Shown piece by piece: positions 37,801 to 49,500 of a stretch of 64,000 nucleotides of DNA. Every line of letters starts with the position of its first letter. The first letter of the stretch is position 1. The stretch is taken from assembly GCF_052425735.1 (NCBI RefSeq), contig NC_135761.1, forward strand, positions 43,958,001-44,022,000, given 5' to 3'. The position numbers were made by a program, and so were the translations under genes. The notes beneath the pieces are model-generated. The model made no database searches. It was not told the DNA's origin and saw only the letters and a list, made by a program, of their open reading frames with translations. This DNA comes from Oculina patagonica. Its lineage: Eukaryota.

Positions 37801-40800
37801 AGTCTACCGCAGTCACGCGCTTCGAATTTACATAACAATTGTTCGGAGCCGATATGTTGAAGATTGAAAAGTAGATGTGTATTACTCGCTCTGAAAGCGT
37901 GTTGCGCGAAGAATAAGTTGAATAGATCTGTTATTCGTTCTGTAAGCGGATTGCACGAAGGATATATGTTGAACAGATGTGTATTACTCGTTCTGAAAGC
38001 GTGTATAACAAACAAAATAAAGCCCGCTCATTACAAATTCAAAGACTTTGTGACTACGTGCCGCGATAACAATTGCTCATAATACTTCGCTAATTTCACT
38101 GTCTACCACTAAACGACTGTAGACGGTACCACTTCGCCCTCTAAACATAAGCAGTTAAGAAACAAACGAACGATTTTCTAGATCTGTATGCAAAATGAAA
38201 GAGATAAATATACCGTCTACCGCAGTAACGCAGTTCATGATATTACATAACAATTGTTCGAAGGATATGTCCAAGATTGGAAAGTAGATGTGTAGTACTC
38301 GTTCTAAAAGCGTGTTGCGCGATGGTTAAGTCGAATAAACAGATAAATGTGTATTACTCGTTCTGTAAGCGGGTTGCGCGAAGGATAGGCCGAACTGAAA
38401 GCGTGTTTAACAAACAAAATAATGCCCGCTCAAATTCCATTGCGCATACAGCGGCCATACTCTAAACACTCATAAATTCAAAGACTTTGTGACTGCGTGC
38501 CGCGATAGTGTTGCTCATACTTCGCTGATTTCACTGTCAACCACAAAAGGACTACGGACGGTTGCACTATTAAAGCCCTCCAAACATAAGCAGTAAAGAA
38601 ACAAACGAACGATTTTCTGTATGTGAAAATCAATTATTTAGCCGTTTAAGTCTACTCATTCTATAGAACGTACACTAGAAACACAAACAATTAAACATGG
38701 CGGTCAGTAGAGGAATCAGAGAGCAAATCACAAAACCATAGTGCCCTCGTACAATTCTTTGTGCCCTCGGATGAGCAAGCGATAAATCGAAAGAAAAATA
38801 ACTGAAGAACACAGCATTTTTTCTACGTGTTCCACAAAAATGCGCAACTGACTTAAAATTGACGGCAAAGAATATAAACATATCTGGAATGAACTGTCAT
38901 CCTCGAGCGATCTCTTCAAATCGTCAAACAAATACCCGCACAACTCACCACCGACGCTCGCCATTTCATGCACATTTGAAGTTCATCTTTCTCTCAAGGT
39001 CATCGCGTAGAACTATGGGTAGAACACACGAACACAACCGAAAAATAGACGAACAAACGAGATATCCTCCGAAATCTCACCGAGTTGCGAAATGGCGCCA
39101 TGTTGTGACGTCACGAGGTTATCAAATCTGATAACTGTGCGGGACTGGTATTCTTTTGAAGTTGAACTCCTAAAACGCTAAGCAGATAATGGTTTTCCAT
39201 TGCTTTACGGGCTCAACAATTTTTTTATGGCCTATGGCCAGTAAATTCAGATTTAAAAACGGGCGACGTAAATAACCGGGGAGCTCCGCTTTTAGACTTG
39301 GCTAAATCTATTTAATATAATTAGGTCTGGAGAAGAATGAGACGGCTCCCGAGCCAGTGCTATCTGAACCGCGTGTACCATCAAAAAAAGAAGAGGAGGA
39401 AGCTGTCCAGTTCTTAATTCCGCGTACAAACGAAGTAAGTACAAACAACTGATATACGGAATTTAATTTTACTTTCTTGAGTTTAGCGCTTTCTACAAGT
39501 TGCTCGAGATTTCTCAAAAAGTTGCCCGTAATTTCTCAAAAAGTTGCTCAAAAAATGCTCCAAAAATCCTAAAAAAGGTGCTTCTGATAATAAAAGTTGC
39601 TCGAAAAATGCTCCAAAAAACCAAAACGCTGCTTTTAATCAAGAGAATTTCTCTAATTATATGCTTATTTCCCATTGAGGGTAAGATTTCTAAGCAGTTT
39701 TATGCAATTTTACAGCAAAAAGAGTATCTAAATAACATATTAAGGAGAAAATTTGTTAAATAACAAGGATTTCTTTGACTGAGAAAAAATCGTGAAGATA
39801 TCGATGACGTCATGTTTGCTGATGAGTTTTGTAATGTTTTAATGCAGAATGAGCCGGAAATTGAAACATCTTCAGATGTTCTTCTGAAGTCTTCGGCAAA
39901 CTTTGTAAATCTTCGGAAACTTTCGTATTGCCTTTGAACAACACTCGGATAATCTTCGGAGATCTTCGGTCTGGAAATGGCTCAAAAATGCATTAGAGTT
40001 ACCTCAGACGGCGTAAAGTCTAACGCTAGAGAGTGATGTGCTGAAAAAATATCAATTTTTGTTCACAATTACAAATCTCCTCCAATTTTGATCCCTTGTC
40101 ATCCAGCGATCACTAAAGAAAACCTGCCTTAGCTATTAAACTGAAACATTAACTCTGAATCCTTACTCCAAGTAAAGATTTATCAGACGAGAATAATTGA
40201 GAATAATGAAAAATGGTGGACCGTTACCTTAAATACGGAAATGTGCCAAAGAAAGCCGCAATGGCCATTAGTCCCAAGGCTGTTAAGAAAACTTTTATCA
40301 ACAAAAGCCTATATTAATATCTTCTTATACAGTTTGAATGGGATTTTGCAAAAGACAAGTCGTTTAAAGAAGAAATGGCGTCTGTTACAACGGATTACTG
40401 CACTGAGAACAGGACAAGATGTGCATTAAAAGACGCAAGGCGAAAAAGGTGATTGTTATTAACACATACTGATTCATTTACTGCATCTAGTCTGCTTTAG
40501 TGGCACATTGAATGTCTTTAACCTTGAATTAATAGTGTACTTATTTTCATACAAACTAGCCTTGCAATTGACGTCGACTCTATCGATATAAAAGTTTAAA
40601 TTTTTTGTAGTTCACTTGACGTGGATCAGCTCATACCAAGACTACAATTACAGTCTGAACCGAACCGGACCGAATCGGCTTTTGTTTACATATCCATGGA
40701 ACCACTGGGAACCGATCCAGACCGGTTCCAAACGGAGCTAAATTTTAAATTATGCTTAAACTATGTCTGGCTCATTCCAATCCACCTTGTTTATAAATTT

Positions 40801-42255
40801 TGACCTTCTGTACTCCTTTTTGGCTTCATTTTAAATGGCTTCAACGCCTGTAAGGCCAATTTTATGTTCAAAATAATCTACAATAGTTAAGATTAATGCT
40901 ATATTTTTAATACATTCAGACGTTCCCCCATTTTCGACCTCTACACTGCTGACCAGGTTCACCTACTGCCTGGTTACCCTAGGAACTCGTCCGGATCTCT
41001 CCTGGTAGCGTTTTACGTGCAGCAGCCTCTTGGACTATTCATCGGTAATTTCTCGGTCCTGCCTCGAGACACACTGGTCGACATTGTTACAACTCACAAG
41101 TCCGTGATTGAGACTGCTATCGGGGCAAACATTTCTAATATAGAAGCCTGGTTCAAACCTACAATAACGCCGACAACCTCACCAACAGCAATAGCAGATA
41201 AACCCAGCAGTAACGATTGGAAGTGGATTGCGATTGGTATTGGTGTAGGAGTGGTCGTCATCATCCTGATTATCGCGATCGTGTCTTGGTGGTAAGATAT
41301 TTTCCCTTTTCATATATCGATTTCCGTCAAGTGCCTCTCTGAAGATGAAAATTACAATTGGAAGAAGAGTGTCACATATGAACCTAGTAAGTGGCACAGC
41401 TCACCACGAGTTTATCGTAGCTCAGTGCTTAGAGCGCCGAACCGGTATCTGGGAAGCCATGGGTTCCTTTCCCTTTGGCGACTCAGATTTGTTCTTTGTC
41501 CCACGCTCGTGACATATAAACATTTGATCTTTATCAATAGGGTCTGAATGGGGTTACCTTGATAACACTAAACACTTAATTTTTTGGCTCTGTTACATGA
41601 AACAGTTTAATTTCAGGCATTTTAACACTAACAGTAAAATATTCACTGTAACAGTACATTTTATCCAGAAAGAAACAAATACGGCTCCAAAAAAGGCCAA
41701 TATTATTTTGTTTAGTATATGAAGAAGTTTTCGGCCATTTTGCGTCGATTTTCGATTATTTCCGAAGATTTCCAAACGCGCCGAAGATGTCCGAAGACTA
41801 CAGAAGATTTCCGAGGAGAAATCCGAGAATTTTCTCTAAGTTCATGAGTGACTTTATTACCGATTTTCGAAGAGCAGATAAGAATTTTCAATGCTAAAAT
41901 ACCCTCGAAACAGTTAACAGTATTTCTCCGGAAACAGTAAACATTAAAAAAAATTGGCCAATGTAACAATAAACACTAAAAACTATGGGCAAATAACACT
42001 TAACACTAAACCCCATTAAGACCCTCTATCAAGAGTAATGATGTTCAACAGCTGCACAGAGAAGTAATGCAGGAGCATTATTTTTTTAACTTAGCCCCTC
42101 CTTTTTCTTTTAGCGTGAAAAGAAAGAAAACAAAACCATCAATAGAGCCCATACCTGATTACTCTTCTCAAGAAGTCATAACTTTGAAGCACTACGACCG
42201 ATCATCAAGTATGGAGCCTGGAGACCCCCGGGAGAATCCTGCCTTCCAAATGTAA
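19212..42255 (+). CDS. MUC4-like membrane mucin (coral 'mucin-like protein' type): signal, Ser/Thr-rich, NIDO, AMOP, vWD, 7 EGF/cbEGF, juxtamembrane domain, TM, short tail
   Basis: 23 exons with compatible phases: 19212-19275, 20413-20862, 21204-21557, 22163-22192, 22867-23027, 23572-23940, 24309-24409, 24703-24795, 25653-26227, 27236-27457, 27997-28329, 28980-29234, 30383-30576, 31984-32320, 32874-32999, 33719-33841, 34680-34802, 35214-35342, 36015-36143, 39325-39434, 40333-40448, 40920-41291, 42114-42255. Motifs: NIDO (YPYG, APFWA, VVTW, NTFQAVIITDG), AMOP (CPCT..QA..D, QECCY, YRPSDDC), vWD (WGDPHIKTLDG..YTFNGLGEY, GLMG..NG...DDF), cbEGF (D[IV][DN]EC), TM WIAIGIGVGVVVIILIIAIVSW. The N-gaps may hide further small exons. 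Confidence 0.93.
19345..19866. mobile_element. Harbinger-type MITE in mucin intron 1
   Basis: Imperfect ~38-bp TIR GGGCGCGTTTTTTA..CAC.ATTC.GGAAT.AGAATGG, with TTA TSD at 19342-19344 and 19867-19869. Confidence 0.88.
19479..19778 (+). mobile_element. tRNA-derived SINE nested in the MITE
   Basis: A box (GGTGGCCTAATGG) and B box (GTTCGAGCCC), then a conserved core GTGTTCTTGGGCAAGACACTTTACTCTCA...CCACCCAGGTGTATAAATGGGTACCGGCGA and a 3' part GGATAAGCTCCGGC. Related copies at ~23213-23480 (+) and ~33870-34132 (-). Confidence 0.88.
21616..21727. repeat. Degenerate pentanucleotide repeat (AGCAT/AGCAC)n running into an N gap
   Basis: Direct reading. Confidence 0.85.
23213..23480 (+). mobile_element. 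Degenerate copy of the tRNA-derived SINE family
   Basis: GTTCGATTCC B box followed by TGTGTTCTTAGGCAAGGCACTTTACTCTCACAATGCCTCTCT, matching the core of 19479-19778. Confidence 0.75.
24505..24610. repeat. (CCAA)n/(CCGA)n tetranucleotide microsatellite
   Basis: Direct reading. Confidence 0.9.
26867..27111. mobile_element. Harbinger-type MITE
   Basis: ~48-bp TIR AGGCCCGTT(T/A)ACACTGGCGATTTTTGTCGCGCAACTCAATGCAATTTTT; flanks TGA/TAA. Confidence 0.88.
28760..28816. repeat. (GAT)n microsatellite
   Basis: Direct reading. Confidence 0.95.
29264..29798. mobile_element. Tc1/mariner(pogo)-type MITE
   Basis: TA|CAGTCGAAGCTCTCATAAGCGGACAC ... GTGTCCGTTAAGAGAGCTTAGACTG|TA; internal repeats of (T/G)CCGCTTACG(A/G)GA. 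Confidence 0.85.
30663..31311. mobile_element. Harbinger-type MITE interrupted by a tRNA-like SINE
   Basis: AGGTGTGTTACACGAAACAACTTGCAACAACGATTTT ... AAAATCGTTGTTGCAAGTTGTCTGGTGAAACATCACCT. Confidence 0.78.
30700..30923 (-). mobile_element. tRNA-derived short repeat/SINE
   Basis: Minus strand GGCTTGATAGCTAAGTTGGTTAGAGCGCTGCACTAGTATTGCAGAGGTCATGGGTTCGATTCCCGTTCAAGCC has A/B boxes and is followed by a non-tRNA tail ending in AT-rich sequence. Confidence 0.78.
33870..34132 (-). mobile_element. tRNA-derived SINE (same family as 19479-19778), internally deleted
   Basis: Reverse complement matches GGGAGGCGCGGTAGCCTAATAG..., TTTACTCTCATAGTGTCTCTCTTCACCCAGGTTTATAAATGGGCACCGGCGAA and GGATAAACTCCGGCC. 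Confidence 0.8.
37129..39147. mobile_element. 2.0-kb non-autonomous DNA transposon with a 5-bp TSD, inserted into an older repeat
   Basis: 31-bp TIR CAG(C/T)CC(G/C)GCACAGTTATCAGATTTGATAACC; TSD GTATT at 37124-37128 and 39148-39152; internal ~410-bp tandem duplication (~37780-38620). Confidence 0.88.
41385..41530 (+). mobile_element. tRNA-like dispersed repeat; related copies at ~44760-45005 and ~47860-47980
   Basis: Shared CAGCTCACCACGA...TAGAG(C/T)GCC.AAC.GGTATCTGGGA.GCCAT.GGTT....CCC....G.GACTCAGA.TT.TCTTTG.CCCA.GCTCGTG with decayed A/B boxes. Confidence 0.72.
41538..42026. mobile_element. MITE with a 6-bp TSD
   Basis: TIR (T/G)AGGGTCT(G/T)AATGGGGTT; TATCAA at 41532-41537 and 42027-42032; subterminal TAACACTAAAC repeats. 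Confidence 0.8.
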
Positions 42256-43917
42256 AAGAAACTTGTATGCACAAGCAGTTTCTTTTTAATTAATTACAAC
42301 GTTTCGTTCTCATATTTAAACTATTTTTTTTTCTGTTCATGTTTCGCTTCGGCCAAAGCTTGTAAATTAGACACAATCAGACAAGAGTAAGAGCATTAGC
42401 TAGCACTGTGGAGGTTGCAATATCAGTTTGACGCCGAGTTGTTTATCAGCCTTTGTTATTTACCGCAGGCTCGATACATACTTGAAGCTTGTTTATCTGA
42501 CCGAGTTTTTTATTCAGTTTATGCCGTTTCGGCCTTAATTGTTGTAGATATTTCCACAACATGAGAGTTAAGTGTGCTTACCGAATCAACTTCTCCTTTT
42601 TTCTCTTTTTTTCTAGCAAACTTCCACCGTAAACTGAACGTAAGAACCATAAAAAAAGAACTATAATTGAAATTAGAAATATATATCGCGTAAGACGAAC
42701 GCCTGATCATGAGATGCATTTTTTTGAGACCGTATCACACCGGTATATCCCGGTTTGAAAGGTTTAGAACAGACATGATACAAATTACTTAATTCCTGAC
42801 GAATGTGGACAAAAAAGGGAAAAAAGATCCCAATATACAAAGGAAATGAAGAAGTTATATGGAAATCATTAAAAACCGCAAACGCAAAAGTAAACGGGCC
42901 AAAAAAATCGGAAATGCGCCAAAAAGTTGCTTAAACTTTGAGTTGTTATCGCCATAGTTAAATAAACAAACTGATGTACTTTGCTTTTGTTAATAAAATA
43001 ACTTGCTTTGTAAACTTTTCTGGTCTTTATTGAAGTTAATTCCCCAGAAGTGATTTCCATCTAATATTTCCTAACAAGAGGTGTAGCCTGCGTAACAGGC
43101 GCACGAGAACATGAGGGCAAGAGTTGGAGGCGAGTTTTTCCAGTGCGAAAAAATGCGCGAGAACGGAGACACTTTCTCACTTTCTTTTTCGTCGCGTGGG
43201 TCTCCTCGCTCTCGCGTGCAACTCAAGCTCGCACAGTGTTATAACTCATGCTACTCGCTGTACAACTTCGACAAAACTAGTCCGACAATTATATTTGTGA
43301 ATGTTTTAAATACCTCTACCCACCCGAAAAATACAGTTTACACCATTCACGTATATCGACCGTAAATGTTTTTGCTTCTTCAGCTATTTTCGGATGTTAT
43401 TCGGCACATCAATAATTATTTGCTTATAAAAGGAAAAAGGGACAACTAGAAGCACAAATCAGTTAAAAACGGATATTTGTGGCATTCTTAAAGTCCAGCT
43501 TCGTTCCTCTTCGTCCCTTGTCACGAAAGGAAAGGGAAAGTAGAGATGGCATGGAAACGAGGTTGGAGAAAAAATGAATGAATACTACAAAGAGTTTGGT
43601 CTCACTTTTAATACCTGAATATTCCCTACGCGCCGACAGATATATTTTTTCTTTTGGAGCGTACGCGTTCCACAAGAATTAAATCGCTTCTTCAACAAGC
43701 TTACGAAGGTGTTTATAACAGCAAAGAACACTACAGTAAAAGAAACCATTCCTGATTTAGATTAAATTGTTGCGCTAAATGTGCTTGAGATATTTCTGCG
43801 AGCGAAAGTTTTTTTTTGAATTGTTGAATAAACACGTGCGACAAGTCAATTGTTGCGACAAGTTCTCATCGGCGCGGGTTGATTGAAATACCGAAACTTT
43901 TATCTTTTAATAAATGT

Positions 43918-44155
43918 TCACGGCGTATCATATAAACTTTCATAGAACATCAGTTTTACTCATTGATATCATTTCACCGTTTAAATAAACGACTTATGAC
44001 AATTAGAACAAAGAGAAATCATTCTTTCTGCTACTTGCACGACGCATCATAAAAACTTTCGTAGAGCATTGTTTCTTTTTATTAAGATCATTTCACCGTT
44101 TAAATCACTGATTTACGCCAAATAGAACCAGAGATATCATTTTTTCCTACTTGCC
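43918..44155. repeat. ~120-bp tandem duplication
   Basis: Two diverged copies of CG.CG.ATCATA.AAACTTTC.TAGA.CAT...GAT(AT)CATTTCACCGTTTAAAT...TAGAAC.AGAGA.ATCATT...CTACTTGC. Confidence 0.8.
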
Positions 44156-44759
44156 TTTACGCTACAATAGACAATCAATTAGCAAACAAGTCTCGCTGGC
44201 GCGTACGCGTGTTCGAAACTTTCTTGAAAAAAAAAATAATGTTTAAGGCGCATCATATAAACTTTTTCAAAAAAAGAGGTCACATATTTCAAGCGAGTGT
44301 TTGCTTGTCTGAACTGAATTTATCGAAGTTTTCATGTTCAAAGCATTTCACTTTGTTCACTAGTTCGTTTACTTGTTTGATCTACGCGTAGTCACAAACC
44401 GGTTTTTTGTGATCGAAAAAACTGCATTCGGTTGCTAAGTCACTTAGTCCCCCGTGGGACATCTACCGCTTCGTTGGGCATGCGTGAATTAATAACTGAA
44501 TTCGTAATGAATTACACATTTTCATCGTCTTGATGTCCTAATGTGTTTCGTGACGCTGTATTTACCCAGCAAAAGGTAAACATCGTGGTGCAGTTGTGGT
44601 GAATTGTAATTGTTTTCGTAAATTGTAAAAACAATTGTCGTGATCTGTCGTGATTTGTAATAACGCACCTATCGCAAATTGTAATAACACATTGCCGTAT
44701 TTTGTAATACTCCAAGCTGTCGTAAATTACTACACACTCGTAAATTACTAGCTACACAC

Positions 44760-45005
44760 TTGATGATTTCGACATTGCTGATCCTGGCAGTATGCAAGAC
44801 GCGTGTCACATATCAACCTAGTAAATGGCCCAGCTCACCACGAATCTCTCGTTTTGGTTAGAGTGCCCAACAGGTATCTGGGAGGCCATAGGTTTGATTC
44901 CCGTCGGGGACTCAGAATTTGTCTTTGCCCCATGCTCGTGTCATCGTTGAACAATTCATCTTCATTATTTATCACCGAGCTTAAAATTTACCATCTTTAT
45001 CATTA
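44760..45005 (+). mobile_element. tRNA-like dispersed repeat
   Basis: Similar to 41385-41530; GGTTAGAGTGCCCAACAGGTATCTGGGAGGCCATAGGTTTGATTCCCGTCGGGGACTCAG. Confidence 0.72.
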
Positions 45006-45399
45006 AAAAAAAATGTTTCAAGAAATGTTATTCAAGGCATTAAAAAATAGTAAACGCCGGTGGTTTCCTAGATCGCGCTGCCAATGCAAAAAGAGCGTGG
45101 TGTCAGATCGAGTGCCCAAAATTTATTCCTCATCAGACCGAAACTACACGTTTTTAGTCGATAGCAGCAATTGTCCATAAAGTCATCAAAGATCTTGCCT
45201 AAATTGATGTGTAAATTGATTCGAAATGTATGTATTAAACTATGGTTAGCATGTATGCCAGCAAACACTTGTGTCTGTTGTTTCCATGTTTTAGCTCCGT
45301 AGTTCTTGATATTCACCTCTGAAAATTATTAAAAACTATTCACCCAGGCTCAATTTCGGTAAATATTCACCGATGTTCACATTGCCTTCGGTGAATAAA

Positions 45400-45646
45400 G
45401 GCCTGAGTACATGGCGAATTTCAGCCCGGGCTGAAATTTGAACGCGATTACATGAGGTTTTTCAGCCCGTTTGCCCGGACTGAGATTTCCAGCAAAAATC
45501 CGGGCTGGAAATTTCAGCCCGGGCTGTAATTCGGCCCGGGATTAAACTTTCTTCAGTAATCGCAAACGTCTTTTCACGACGATTTGTTTGGAAGCCGAGG
45601 CAAAAATCTCAGCAAGCCGGGTTGAATTCGTCATGCCACAGACCCT
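45400..45646. mobile_element. Degenerate Harbinger-type MITE with TTTCAGCCCGGGCTGAAA palindromes
   Basis: GGCCTGAGTACATGGCGAATTTCAGCCCGG ... CCGGGTTGAATTCGTCATGCCACAGACCC|TAA. Confidence 0.65.
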
Positions 45647-46586
45647 AAGTGTCAAATATCCTAACCCGATCTAAATGGGACAGCGTGAAAGGTGGAAGTA
45701 CAAAACTTCCATCTCCAATAACTAACTGCCATAAAAAATAGGCCCGCGAGGCGAAGGCGGTTGTTATTTGTCCCTTATACTCTTTCGGCAGGCAAATCAG
45801 TGAATTTAGCTCACTGAAAACATGTCCTTTTAGAGTTATTACAACTTGCGTTATTATGCACTTACATTTTGCGTTAAAAAGTCATTACATTTTGCTTTCA
45901 ATAGTTATTATTGTCTAAAAAGTAATAACATTTTGCGTTGACATCTTTATTACTTTTTGCGTCAAGTTTATTACAATTTGCGTTATAGTATTACATTTTG
46001 CGGCAATTATTAAATCTGCGGCGTATAACAGCGCCATACGTTGACAAATTAGCTTGTCTAGAATTGCGTTCTAATTTGGTTCCGACCAAAGTGAACACAA
46101 GGCATGGCCAATCAATGCAAGTGTGTGCCATATCAGGCCAAACGGTGTCGCAAGTTGAACGGTTGAAAACTTACATGTAAAAATAAACAAGGATATCACG
46201 ACCGGCGGAGATTACGACAGATTACCAACTTAAAAAATGGCCATTTTTTCATGATGCGTTATCACGGTGACTTTGAAATGCTAAGTATAATATTTTCAAA
46301 AAGCCTACCTGCTGATTACAATATGCTAAAACTGTCAAGTCGCGGCGTCTTGGTCCGAGGTACCACGGTAACCAATTTGTCATTCTAAAAATTGTATGCT
46401 TACTTACATTCAGTTGAAAGAAATCCTTATTTTGGTGAATTCAGTATGTGTCCGATTTATGTCAATGATACCATGACAATTTTTTTAGTGCCTTTGGAAA
46501 TATGTTTGTCAAATTTGTTCAGGTAAACCAATTGTTTCTTGTCACTTAAAAAGAACATCGACCTATTTGTTGTTCTTTCTTTGAAG

Positions 46587-49500
46587 ATGTTTGGAAGCCG
46601 AAGTCTTGGTGGCTGTAACCTGTTTTGTATAACTAAACGAGTTCGAGTTCGCGTCTTCGCCGTTTTGTTGGTCGTGATTAGTTTGGTGTCCCTAGTGTTA
46701 CAGCGAACTTTGCTTCTAAATTCTTCAGCTAAGACTTTTCTCGGTTTCACCACGCCGAAAATTAAAAATGAAAGCCGCGTTTTGTTCAGTAAAAATGAAG
46801 ACAATAGCGTGTTACAGCGAGCTTTGCTTCTAAATTCTTCAGTTAACACTTTTATTGGTTCCATTACGCCGAGAGTTGAAAATAAAAGCCGCATTTGGCG
46901 CAGTCAAAATGAAGACGACAGCTATGTGGCATGCAAGCTTCCCGAACTGGATCCATTTCATCCCAGCGTGATCAAGTTTATAAAAGATCTTGGCAAGCTA
47001 GACTGTGAGGGATCAAACTATTCAAGCTTCGAGAACAATGTGCTTCGTATTGAAGGTGAAGACATCGTTTCGGCACAGTACAGAAAGATTGAAAGGACTC
47101 CTGGAGACGATTTTGGTGTGGTGCTAACTGACCCAGTGAATGTACAAGGCAAGACAGGGAGCCGTGTTTCAGCCTGGAGTCAGGAAGGCTTAAGAGGTAT
47201 AGCTTCTGATAAATCACCATATAATTAACCAAAAGTCAGACCACAGGAAGGTAAATTTGTACTAAGCTAGAAAATATTTGCTTGTTTCCATTTATCCGTA
47301 AAGTCCAAACATTTCGTTTAAAAACCAAATTAATGAAAAGGGCGAGGACGAAGATTGTAAAAGCTGCGTTATAGCTGTTCTTATAGCTGACCGTACCTAA
47401 TTGTCAGGTTTAAGAAGGAGTGAAAACTTTCCATTCGGGCTGATTTGTAAAATGTGTTTCTCGGCAGTATACACGTTGTCATAGAAAAAAAAAAAGAAAA
47501 AAAAAAAGAAAAAGGTAAATAGGGATCGATTATCGTCTCATAACTGGTAACATTTACAGAAAACTCACGAGTTTTTATCGGCACACTTTCGGGCCACTTT
47601 TTTATTCCCGGCGTAACAAGATAAATTGATTTATTCGTATTTTGAGGCCATTTGTACGAAGAAATTTGATGCATGCGCTTAATTAACTTATTTAATTTCC
47701 TCTTTTTTTTTTTTCCTTTTTCAATGACAACCCTATTGCAATTAGGTGTGTATTATTTTTTTTATCTTGTTTTTTTTTTTTCGTTCTTTGGTTGAGATAG
47801 ACGGCGGAGCCTATTCCTTTTTTAATTGCATCCAACATGACGAAAAGAGGAAAGCACTTATAGCATGATTCGAAGGCACCACCGGTAATCTTGGAAGGTC
47901 ATGGGTTCGACTCCCGTTGGGGGTACTCGGAAAATCTTTTTTCCGAGATTTCAACTTGAGAACACTTCTTCATTTACTTCAGAAAGAGATAGTTAATCGG
48001 TATACCATTTATGTTTAACACATAAGTAATAACAATTGAAGCTTTTTTATGCTAATAAGTTATGTACCAATTTTCATATCGCTTTTGAATATAAAATGAG
48101 TTTTATATGTATCCTTCCATAGTGATTGTTTAAAAGGAGCTGGGAACAAACCCAGCTTATGAATCTGTGATTTTGTGTCTACCTTCAACTGATTGTGGTC
48201 AATTTATTCAAAATACCAAGTAAGGAAGACATCACTTGTTTTGTTAAGTTTTTTTTTTTTTTTGAAAAAAAAAAGGAGTAATTTCTTGTCATAAAGTGTT
48301 GCCAACTGCACCGTAAAATTGACTCTTTTTATTCTGCTGACAGTGTGCGTGAGTAAAGTGGCAATGCAACTGCCATATTTATCTTTGTGCTGGCAATTTA
48401 GCTTATTCGATATCAGTTCCTCGTTTCAAGTCACCTTTCCGTATATTGTCACCAAGCAGATTTTGGAGTAAACACCAGAGAGCAAGTTGTTGGCGAACGT
48501 TTTTATTTTATGTGCTTTAAAAGCAATAAAGTAATCCCAATATTGCTAGCTTGAGATTTTATCCACTTAAACATAGTATTTTGTTAATCAATATTCATAT
48601 TTTCAACCATCATGTTTAATTTAAATGTCTCCTTTTAATTTATCACTCGCCATATATTTACACTTCAAAATTTGAAACCAATTATTTTTCGCCCTCTTAA
48701 ACATGATTTTCTCAGAACGTATCGAATAAATTTCCAGTTGTAAAAGATACGTGAAAGGTAACAATCTTCGATCTTAACACAGACCTTTGTTTCAGTAATC
48801 AGAAGAAATTCAAAGCCGGCTTGCTTTCTTTATGCAGTAAGTAACTATTTCTGCCAGATAATTTGGTTCATGATTTTACTTTTTTCTAAATTACTGATTT
48901 TTTAGCGAAACGTTTCTTTGAGGTTATAATTATCAATTTCATTAGCGGGCCTTAGATATGAGATAGTTAATAGCTAACAAAGTACGTGGCGCGGAGATGG
49001 CTATAACTATCTCATATTAAACAAGCGGGAGTGGGATAACTATTTTATTTTATAAAATAACTCAGTTTCTACGCGCGCTTTAATTGGTCAAATTGGTCAA
49101 AAAACCTATGTATTTTTTTACCGGCAAACTCCCGCTTTAGCCCCGACTTGGCCGCACTACGCTCGATTTCGCATGAGGACGAAGAATTAACATTAATTTA
49201 ATGTCTTCTTTTGGTCTATCTGATTACTAAGGGTGGATCACAAAAATAAATTTTCCCGCCCATCACAGTTGGAGCGAAGGAACTAGGAAAAAATGAAAAC
49301 GCAGAGACAAAGGTATGAGAAGGAACACAATAAACAGGTCCGCTTTCACCAGACTGGAAAAAATCTTATAAACATGGATATCGTTCCATTCAACAATTAC
49401 TCGGAAATGCAATTTGAAAGGAATTAAAACTGCATCAGTTTGCTTGCAATGAAGGCTTACTTGAATTATTTTGATGGCAGAAACTTGGCAGAAAGGCTGA

